In this document: positions 36,501-47,274 of the stretch, one piece after another
How positions within the stretch are numbered: position 1 is the stretch's first letter
How the letters are laid out: every line of letters begins with the position of its first letter
Assembly: GCA_036785375.1 (NCBI GenBank)
Contig: JAWMAR010002559.1
Span: 62,001 to 125,167 of the forward strand
Direction of reading: 5' to 3'
DNA: 63,167 nt
Source: Leucoraja ocellata
Taxonomy: Eukaryota
Notes under the pieces: generated by a model
Seen by the model: the letters and a program-made list of their open reading frames with translations, nothing else
The model's database searches: none
What the model was told of the DNA's origin: nothing
Program-made: the position numbers and the translations under genes

Positions 36501-37429
36501 CTGGAAAAACAAACATTGTACCTGATACACTTTGGTGCATAATCTGAAATAATCAGATATTAATTCCAAAACTGATTTTAAAATATCATTTGTTTATTAA
36601 ATACAGGACAATTCCAGTATAAAGTGTCAACAGCTTAAAATAAAGGGTAACTTCTTCAGGATAGAAATTAGATATTTCTTCGCTCAGAATATAGTGAGTG
36701 AAGGGTTGAAATAAATCAGTTGTTAATTGCATTCCAGCAATATCAAAATATTATTGATTCCATGAAGTAATAAACCGTATGACAGTAAGAGAGGAAACTG
36801 CATTTAGGGTACAGGCCAGGCTTGATCTGCCGGAAAGGTCCAGACCCTAAATGTTGCCTGTCAAGATTCACGATTGCAGCTTCCAGCCAACAGACATCAG
36901 TGTCCATATTTCTGGCAATGAATACAGTGAATATCATGGGCTTCCCCCACACTGAAGCACCCAGGGGCTGCTGCAAAACTACTATTGTAAAAAATAAGTT
37001 GTCGGAGATAAAATAGGAGATAATCAGCAAGCCAGGCAGCATCTGTGGAGGTAGAAATTGAGTGAATGTTTCAGGTTGATATTCTTTCCTCACAGCTGGG
37101 GAAAGTTGTCAGATAGAGAAAGACATCTAGGGGGATGGGGGAGATGATCTGAATGGCCTCCCGGTTCAATATTAATGTCAGTGATCCACTCCAGAGCCCA
37201 GGGAACTCATCCACTCCTCACTGACACCAGTTCCTGGGATTGTGATGGTCTGAGAAGGAGCAGCAGCATTTTCCCCATTCCCAGGCCCCTGAGAGGACAT
37301 TTATCCGGCATCTTAGAAAATAGGTGCAGGAGGTCATTCGGCCCTTCGAGCCAACATCGCCATTCATTGTGATCATGGCTGGTCATCCACTATCGCCGCT
37401 GAAGGTAGGTTTTGTAACATCGCTACCTT

Positions 37430-37700
37430 ATCTACTCTGGACAGGAAGAGGAGGGAGTGAAGCATTGAAGGAGAAAATGGAGTTGGATTGGACACACCCT
37501 CAGGAAACCTGCCACAAACATCACCCGGCAAGTCCTGAAATGGAACCTCCAAGGAAAAAGGAAAAGCGGTCGCCCCAGGAACAGACAAATGTCTGAGAGT
37601 GGGCTCAACTGGGGAGATCTCGAAAGAACTACCAACAACCGAGTGAGGTGGAGGACACTTGTCAATGGCCGATGCTCCCTAGACGAGCAAAGGGCTTAAG
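37430..37700 (+). mobile_element. RTE-type LINE 3' fragment
   Basis: RRKWSWIGHTLRKPATNITRQVLKWN..GKRKSGRP..RVRWRTLV. Confidence 0.7.
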
Positions 37701-37704
37701 AACT

Positions 37705-38230
37705 AAACCCCTCAACCACCTCGACCAAACGTCACTTCAACTAAACCTCACATCAGCTAAATGTCACACCTCGCTAAATCTTGCTTTGATTAAACCCCTA
37801 GCTTCAACTAAACCTCACATCGACTAAACCTCACACCTCACTACCAAACTACTCCTCACACCTAAACCTCGCTACAACTAAACTCCTCGCCTCGAACCTC
37901 ACCTCGACTAAACCTCGCCCCAGATAAACCTCACACCTCAACTAAACCTCACCTCGACTAAACCTCACCTCGACTAAACCTCACCCCAGATAAACCTCAC
38001 CCCAGATAAACCTCAAATAAACTAAACCTCACCCCTCGCTGAAATTTTCCTCACTAAACATCACCCAACTAAACACACCTCACCATTATATTTCACCTCA
38101 CACCTAAACCAACTAAACTTGACCTCACTAACCCTAATCCCTCACAACTAAACTTCACCTCAACTACACTTCTCCTGAACTAAACCTAAACCTCGCCTCA
38201 GCTAAACTCCACCTCACTAAACTCCACCTC
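37705..38230. repeat. Degenerate CTAAACCTCACC-type tandem repeat
   Basis: Directly visible, abuts the CpG island. Confidence 0.85.
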
Positions 38231-38530
38231 CCGCCTAATCGCCGTCTCTCTCTCTCTCTCTCTCCCGCCCTCTATACATTTACAGCCCCGCCCCCTCCCC
38301 ACCCCCGGCCGTTGGCGACGACTCACGTGAGCTGAGCGGCTCCAACCAGAGCGCGGGTCACGTGGGCAGCTCGAGCCCTCGGCGGGAAAAGGCGTCAAAA
38401 GACGTCGCGAGTCTCTCGCCATCCTCGCTTTGGCTGACGTTGACGGAGGGCGGGGCTCTCCATCAACGTCAACGCGCCTGCCCCCCCCCCCCCCCGGTTG
38501 TCTTGGACAGTGCGCCGAGGCCTCGAGCTG
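38230..38530. promoter_or_regulatory. CpG-island promoter, possibly bidirectional
   Basis: High CpG density; GC box 38286-38294, CCGTTG 38309-38314, TCACGTGA 38323-38330, GTCACGTG 38357-38364, GGCGGGAAAA 38381-38390. Confidence 0.7.
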
Positions 38531-41365
38531 TCCACGTCATGGACTCCAGTGGCAGATGCTGCAGTGGAGCGACTCCAGTAGTAATGCAGCCGCCCTGCAA
38601 TGGAGCAGCTCCCTGCAATGGAGTTGCTATTACAATGGAGCTGCTGCTGTTGCAGTGTGGTGAAGCTTCTCCAGTGGAGCATCTCCCGCAGCAGCAGGAA
38701 CAGTTCAAGCCTCCACCATCTCCTCAGGCAGCGTGCCCCAGATTGCATCCACCCTCTGGGTGAGTTTAATCTCATACACGTCCGTTTTATTGTTCTGTTA
38801 GTATAGTCTGGTCTGCAGTTCCTTGTACCATTATCTTATTCTAATTGCTGACTACAAATACTAAGTTGCTTCATCTGTACAATGATGTCCCCTTTGTTCC
38901 ACCAATCCACCCCAACCCCTCTCTACAACTGAAAAATAACTTGTTTTTGCTCTTTTATATTCTGGTGAAGGGCCTCTGATCCGAGACTCTTTATTTCCAC
39001 AGAACTGCTGTCTAACCTGCTGATTTAAAAAAAAAATATTCTATTTTTATTTCAGATTTTCAGCCTCTGCGATTCTTTGCTTTACACATTTATTTTTTGT
39101 GACCTGCCAACAATGGATCAAAGGAAATCAGATGCGTGATGTCGTAATCTACTGGGATTCAAGTAATTAGTAAGTGTTTCAATGGGAAAGTTCTACCTAC
39201 CCGGAATAGACTCCATTTATGTTTCGTTTAGAGATACAGCGCGGAAACAGGCCCTCTGTCCCACCGAGTCCATGCCGATCAGCGATCCCCGCACGCTACC
39301 ACTATCCTATACACGCGAGGGACAAATTACACTTATACCAAACCAATTATTATTCAAATCTTTACGTCTTTGGACTGTGGGGGGAAACTGAAGATCTTGG
39401 CGAAAACCCACGCAGGTATTAAGTGATTGGAGCAGAATTAGGCCATTCGGCCCATCAAGTCTACTCCGCCATTTAATCATGGCTGATTGCTCCCTCCCAA
39501 CCCCATTCTCCTGCCTTCTCCCCAAAATGTCCATTGGTGTGGCCTGCATTGCCTTCTGTGGCAAATAATTCTGTGGCAAATAATTCCACAGAATCACCAC
39601 CCTCCGAGCTGAAACATCACCAGATACCTCTCTCCAGAGATGCTGCATGTCCCGCTGAGTTACTCCAGCATTTTGTGTCTATCTTCGGGAAGTATACTGA
39701 TTTATCTAACTTCAATTAACGCTTTCATCCCCTCTCTCTCCCTCCCTTCCCTACCCATGTAATTGAACAAGTTTCAAAGTCGTCTTGTTGTGTCTCATTG
39801 TCTGTAACTCGTTTTCACCAAGCCCTCAGCTAACAATGTCCTATTTCCTTTATCATCGTTACAGTTTTTCACATTTCTTTCATTCATTTATTCTATATCT
39901 CTATATATTCAATTTCCCTCCTGGGATAAATAAAGTTCTACTGTATCATATCATACACCCATCTGTATCGCTCGTGCCAATTTCCTGACTCGACTCCAAA
40001 CGTCACCTATTCCTTTTCTCCAGAGATGCTGTCTGACCCGCTGAGTTACTCCAGCTTTTTATGTCTATCTTCGGTTTAAAACAGCATCTGCAGTTCCTTC
40101 CTACATACAACATATGTTAATTGGGTGTACGGGGAGATTGTGCTGAAACTGTGATGTTTAAAACTTGCAGACTGTGGAAGTCAGAGCACCAGTTGTGACT
40201 TGGAGGTGTGGTGTTATGTTGGAAGCACACATATGGCCTGGGACAGAACACTTGCATTAGATGCATAAAGAAGTTGCTATGGAGACGGTGCAGGACATTC
40301 CCCCCCCGGCTACGGCAGGGTTCCCTTCCTGGGAACCGTTCCCAAACGGAACATGCGGCCGTGAACAGAGTTCTCACACGGCAGAAGATGCCTGACGCCC
40401 AGCAGCAGCCGGTAAATCCATCCCACATCTCCCAGACACTCGCTCATGTGTACGGGCTGTACTTTAATGTGTCCGTAAGCTGGGGATGACCTACACCTCA
40501 GGGTCTGGACAACCATTAAGGAGAATACAACAAAGAAATAATGACAGAAAATGCTTGAAATACTCATCCAGTCGGGCAGCATCTTGTGGAGAAAGAAACA
40601 GTTCATGTTTCACGGTCATGTAGAAACAGACCCTTCGGCCCAACTTGTCCATGCTGACCAAAATGCCTCCTCTAAGCTGATCCTATTTGCCCATATTTCA
40701 CCCATAGCCCTCTGACCTTTCTTAACCATGTACAAATGTCTTCGGAAAAATGTATTTTCAGATCAATGACCTTCATCGGAACTGGCTGCAGTCACATGAT
40801 GTGGCCAGTTCTGATACAAACTGCAAAGGCTGGTTATCTGAAATTGCCCATATTGATGACGACCTCAAGGATTGCACCACACCCAGACGTGGTGCTGCTC
40901 CACAAGATTTTGTCGACTTTGTTGGAACAATGAGAATGGTTACATTTGTGGCAGCACGGTGGCGCAGCGGTAGAGTTGCTGCCTTACAACGCCAGAGACC
41001 CGGTTTGATCCTGACTACGGGTTCTATCTGTACGGAGCTTGTAAGTTCTCCCCGTGACCTGCATGGATTTTCTCCGAGGTCTTTGGTTTCCTCCCACACA
41101 CCAAAGACGTACAGGATTGTAGATTAATTGGCTTGGTATAACTGTAAATTGTCCCTAGTGTGTGTAGGATACTGTTAATATGCGGGATTTATTGGTCGCA
41201 GCGGACTCGATAGGCCGACTGCCTGTTTCCGCGCTGTATCTCTAAACTAAACTAAACAATGCAGATTAACTAATATTTTAATATGCAATAGCCTGGAAAA
41301 TCTGCCATTCAGTAACAAATTCCCAAGTGCACCAGATTTATGAGTATGTGTGCACTGTGAGAACT

Positions 41366-41748
41366 AGTGTGTATCCAATGGTATTTCTGGAGGACCCCTG
41401 AATATGTGAAGCTCTTCCCACAGTCAGAACATTTGTGTGGCCTCTCTCCGGTTTGGATCGACAGGTGTCGGTGAAGGCTCCCTGCCCACGTGAAACACTT
41501 CCCACATTCGACACATTCATGCCATCTCCCCTTTCTCGTTCTTGTTGATCACCAGATTTTCCAATTCCACTCCTTCCTTCAGATGGTGTGAACGGACTCT
41601 GCCCACGTTTACATTGTGAATCTGGGTTATCCAGCTGACATTGGTCTGGGTGCTTTAGGATGCCTTCTTAAATGCCGTGTAAGGAACTCTGCCGTGGTAA
41701 ATGCAACAGTGCACTGAGGGCAGGGATGACAGTCTCCTTGGGTCATTC
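41366..41748 (-). pseudogene. PRDM9: PRDM9-like terminal zinc-finger exon, decayed
   Basis: HPCPQCTVAFTTAEFLTRHLRRH (PRDM9 post-SET finger pattern HPCPxCxxAF..xFL..H), frameshifted linker, then HECVECGKCFTWAGSLHRHLSIQ-TGERP-HKCSDCGKSFTYSGVLQKYHWIHT, each finger missing one His. Confidence 0.7.
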
Positions 41749-41789
41749 CTGACTTGTGGCAACAAAAAAGTTGATTTATCAATTGTCTT

Positions 41790-42620
41790 GTTGATGAACT
41801 GAGTGCGACAACCAGTCTGCATCACAACAGGACCGATCCCGCACAGTCAGAATATCCAAGTGGGGGCAGTTTATCCCAGTCAGAAGATGCAGTCTGTTTC
41901 TGTGTCTGTATCTTGATGTCACGGGTTGTTGCATATATGAGGTGGGTCATGTGCAAAGTTGCAATTAAATATTAAAGTGGGCCTGGGAAGTCAGCATCTT
42001 AATATTGATTGTTTCTAGCATGGTCTTGAAAGTCTTGATGTCGGGTGCAGTGCGAATGTCATGGTGGAGATGATTATATTTGTGAATTGTCTTTGGGTGC
42101 AGTTAATACCTATAACTTTATTTGTTGGGATGATGTTTTATTTGATAACCCCCGATTGCCAGGTCTTTGGTTGACTGGATGAATTTGTCGATTGATGATG
42201 ACTCTTGATGTTGCTTGGAATAAACCCGTGCATTTCATTATAGATGGTCGTCAGATGTAATTTGGTCCTACGGTCTTGAGGAGTTTCCCCACTCTAGATC
42301 AGCAAGGATTTCAGTGATACTGGACTCCCTGCTGTAATCATCAACGATAAACCTTGCAACTCTATTTTGAATTCTTTCTAACTTGTCCCCATCTGTTTTG
42401 TTTTGTGGATCCCAGACCGCAGAGCAATACTCAATGTTTGGGTCTCATCAGAGTCTTGCAGGCTATACACTTGGTTCCGTTAAATGACAAATAAAGGATC
42501 TAATTCTAATTATTACAACAATAAATATTTTTCTTCTGCAATCCCAGCATTCTGTTAGCCTTGGTGATTCTTTGGTTTATGTGAATAAACCATTTCAAAT
42601 CAGCGACTCTGACCATGGAC
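41790..42620 (-). mobile_element. Old non-LTR RT C-terminal remnant (CR1/L2-group)
   Basis: EYCSAVWDPQ..KLERIQ..ARFI..DY..LEW..RR; heavily degraded. Confidence 0.55.
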
Positions 42621-42757
42621 AGTAAGATATAATCATCCAATTAGGAACCACATTGTTGGAGGGCTCATACATTCGACTTGCCAAGGCTTACTCGATCTTC
42701 CAGTGGTGAACCATTTTCACTCCTCTTCCCATTATCATACCTGGAGACCACACCTGG

Positions 42758-44000
42758 AGTATTGTGTGCAGTTTTGGTCTCCAAATTTGAGGACAGATAT
42801 TCTTGCTATTGAGGGAGTGCAGCGTAGGTTCATGAGGTTAATTCCCGGGATGGCGGGACTGTCATATGTTGATAGAATGAAGCGGCTGGGCTTGTATACA
42901 CTGGAATTTAGAAGGATGAGAAGGGATCTTATTGAAACATGTAAGATTATGAAGGGATTGAACACGCTAGAGGCAGGAAAAATGTTCCTGTTGCGGGAGT
43001 CCAGAACCAGGGGCCACAGTTTAAGAATAAGGGGTAGGCCATTTAAAATGGAAATGAGGAAAAACATTTTTACCAGGAGAATTGTGAATCTGTAGAATTC
43101 TCTGCCTCAGAAAGCAGTGGAGGCCAATTCCCTGGATGCTTTCAAGAGAGAGTTAGATAGAGCTCTTAGAGATAGCGGAGTCAAGGGATATGGTGAGAAG
43201 GCAGGAACGGGGTACTGAATGTGGATGATCAGCCATGATCGCATTGAATGGCCTTGCTGGCTCGAAGGGCCGAATGGCCTACTTCTGCACCTATTGCCTA
43301 TTGTCATGAATCTTCTCTGCACTCTTTCCAGCTTCCTTCCTAGAGCAGTGTGACTAAAACTGAATGCATCACCTCAAATGCGGTCTCATCAACGTTTTGC
43401 ACAACAACTAAACTCTAACATCTGCGGCAGGCAAGATATCATTGAGTCATAGCGACATTGCATGAAAACAGGCCAATATCCGTCTAAACATCCTTTCACA
43501 GAGTTATAGTGATACATTGTGGAAACAGGCCCTTTGGCCCAACTTGCCCTCACCAGCCAACATGCCCCAGCTTCACTAGACCCACCTGCCTGTGCTTGGT
43601 CCATATCCCTGCAAACCAGTCCTATCCATGTACCTGTATAACTGTTTTGTAAATGTTGGGATAGTCTCTGCCTCAACGGCCTCCTCTGGCAGCACATTCC
43701 ATACACCCACCACCCACTGTGTGGAAAAGTTACCCCTTAGATTCCTATTAAATCTTTTTCCCCTCACCTCAAACCTATGTTTTCGATTCCCCTACTCTGG
43801 GCATGAGACTCTGCGCATCTACCCGATCTTATCCTCTCATGATTTATACACTACTATAAGACTACGTTACAGTTTAGTTTATTGTCATGTGTGCGCCGAG
43901 CTACAGTGAAAAGCTTTTGTTGTGTGCTAACCAGTCAGTGTACAGACCATACATGATTACAATCAAGCTGTTTACAGTGTTTACATATATAATAAGGGAA
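42758..44000. repeat. ~1.25-kb direct duplication, copy 1 (copy 2 at 45699-46944)
   Basis: Same order of CR1 3' end, unique junction CATGAATCTTCTCTGCACTC..., antisense CR1 and the downstream repeat end. Confidence 0.85.
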
Positions 44001-47000
44001 TAATGTTTAGTGCAAGGTAAAGGCAGTAAAGTCCGATCAAGGATAGACCGAGGGTCACCAATAAGGTAGATAGTAGTTCAGCACTGCTCTCTGGTTGTGG
44101 TGGGATGGTTCAAGGTGCATCTGTGGTTCGTTCAGTTCAGTTTAGCTTATTGTCCCGTGTACCGAGGTACAGTGAAAAGCTTTAGTTGCGTGCTAACCGC
44201 AAGAAATTGCATAAAGTTGTGGAAACAGCCCAGACCATCGCACAATCCAACCTCCCTACCAACGACTCCATCTACACCTCACGCTGCCTCGACAAGGCCA
44301 GCAGCATTATCAAGGGCCAGTCTCACCCCGGCCACTCCCTCTTCTCAAGGGCGGAAATCACTTTTAATACATGGGGGGGGGGAACACAATTTCCTGGCGG
44401 CCCAAAGACAACACAATGTCTACGACAAGCTGCACCTAGTCGACGATTAATATGTTTTAATCGACAATTTGAGAGGGAGAAGGGAAAATCAGAAATGTCA
44501 GTATTACAGTTGAACAAAGCGGACTATGGAGACATGAGGGAGGAGCTGGCCAAAGTTGACTGGAAAAATACCCTGGCAGGGATGACATTGGAACAACAAT
44601 GGCAGGTATTTCTGGGAATAATACAGAAGGTGCACGATCAGTTCATTCCAAAGAGGGAGAAAGATTCCAAGGGGAGTAAGGGGCGACCGTGGCTGACAAG
44701 GGAAGTCAAGGACAGTATAAAATTAAAGAGAAGAAGTATAACATTGCAAGATGAGTGGGAAGCCAGAGGATTGGGTAACTTTTAAAGAGCAACAGAAGAT
44801 AACTAAAAAGGTAATGCGGGATATAAAAGATGAGGTACGAAGGTAAGCCAGCCAAGAATATAAAGGAGGATAGTAAAAGCTTTAGATATGTGAAGAGGAA
44901 AAAATTAGTTCAGACCGAAGTTGGAATCTTGAAGACGACAACAGGTGAATTTATTATGGGGAACAAGGAAATGGCAGACGAGTTGAACGGGTACTTTGAC
45001 AATAGTCGCCTAATTATAGGAAGGATGTCAACAAAATTGAGAGAGTACAGAGGAGATTTACCAGAATGTTGCCTGGGTTTCAGCAACTAAATTACAGAGA
45101 AAGGTTGAACAAGTTAGGGCTTTATTCTTTGCAGCGCAGAAGGTTAAGGGGGGACTTGATAGAGGTCTTTAAAATGATGAGAGGGATAGACAGAGTTGAC
45201 GTGTATAAGCTTTCCCCACTGAGAGGAGGGAAGATGCAAACAAGGGGACATGACTTGAGAATTAAGGGACAGAAGTTTAGGGGTAACATGAAGGGGAACT
45301 TCTTTACTCGGAGAGTGGTGGCTGTGTGGCTTCCAGTGAAGGTGGTGGAGGCAGGTTTGTTTTTATCATTTAAAAATAAATTGGATAGTTATATGGACGA
45401 GAAAGGAATGGAGGGTTATGGTCTGAGCGCAGGTAGATGGGACTAGTGGAGAATACGTGTTCGGCAAGGACTAGAAGGGTCAAGATGGCCTGTTTCTGTG
45501 CTGTAATTGTTATATGGTTATAATAGACAATGGGAGCAGAGTAGGCCATTTGGCCCTTCAAGCCAGCACCTCCATTCAATTTGATCATGGCTGATCATCC
45601 ACATTCAGACACCCGTTCCTGCCTTCTCACCATATGCCTTGACTCCACTATCTTTAAGGGCTCTATCTAGCTCTCTTGAAAGTATCCGATCAGTCTTAAG
45701 TATTGTGTGCAGTTTTGATCTCCATATTTGAGGAAGGACATTCTTGCTATTGAGGGAGTGCAGCGTAGGTTCACCAGGTTAATTCCCGGGATGGCGGGAC
45801 TGTCATATCTTGATAGAATGGAGGGGCTGGGCTTGTATACTCTGGCATTTAGAAGGATGAGAGGGTATCTTATTGAAGCATGTAAGATTGTGAAGGGATT
45901 GGACACTAGGGGCAGGAAACATGTTCCTGATGTTGGGGGAGTCCAGAACCAGGGGCCACAGTTTAAGAATAAGGGGTCGGCCATTTAAAACGGAGATGAG
46001 GAGAAACGTTTTTACCCAGAGAATTGTGAATCTGTGGAATTCTCTGCCTCAAAAGCAGTGGAGGCCAATTCAATGGATGCTTTCAAGAGAGAGTTAGATA
46101 GCGCTCTTAGAGATAGCGGAGTCAAGGGATATGGTGAGAAGACAGGAACGGGGTACTGAATGTGGATGATCAGCCATGATCACATTTAATGGTGGTGCTG
46201 GCTCGAAGGGCCGAATGGCCTACTCCTGCACCTATTGTCTATTGTCATGAATCTTCTCTGCACTCTTTCCAGCTTCCTTCCTAGAGCAGTGTGACTAAAA
46301 CTGGACGCAATATCTCAAATGCGGTCACACCAACGTCTTGCACAACAACTAGAAACTAACATCTGCGGCAGGCAAGATATCATTGAGTCATAGTGACATC
46401 GCATGAAAACAGGCCCATATCCGTGTGAACATCCTCTCATAGTGTTATAGTGATACATTGTGGAAACAGGTCCTTTGGCCCAACTTGTCCACACCAGCCA
46501 ACATGCCCCAGTGACACTAGTCCCACCTGCCTGTGCTTGGTTCATATCCCTGCAAACCAGTCCTATCCATGTACCTGGATAAATGTTTTGTAAATGTTGG
46601 GATAGTCTCTGCCTCAACGGCCTCTGGCAGCACAATCCATACACCCACCACCCACTGTGTGGAAAAGTTTCCCCTTAGATTCCTATTAAATCTTTTCCCC
46701 CTCACCTTAAACCTATGTTTTCTGATGTTCGATTCCCCTACTATGGGCAAGAGACTCTGTGCATCTACCCGATCTAATCCTCTCATGATTTATACACTAT
46801 TATAAGACTACGTTACAGTTTAGTTTATTGTCATGTTTACCCAGCTACAGTGAAAAGCTTTTGTTGTGTGCTAACCAGTCAGTGTACAGACCATACATGA
46901 TTACAATCAACCTGTTTACAGTATTTAGATACATGATAAGGGAACTGGTGTGAAAACGCACATCTCCAGATTCAGGGACAGTTTCTTCGCAGCTGTTATC

Positions 47001-47274
47001 AGGCCATTTTACCACAATTAGGGAGCAGTCCTGAACTACTATCTACCTCATTGGTGACCATCGGACTATCTTTGATCGGACTTTGCTGGCTTTACCTTGC
47101 ACTAAACGTTATTCCCTTTGTTCTGTATCTGTACACTGTGGACAGCTCGATTGTAATCATGTATTGCCTTTCCGCTGACTGGATAGCACGACACAAAAGC
47201 TTTTCACTGTACCTCGTTACACGTGACAATAAATTAAACTGTAAAAACTGAAAACACACCTCTTGTTTTTACAG

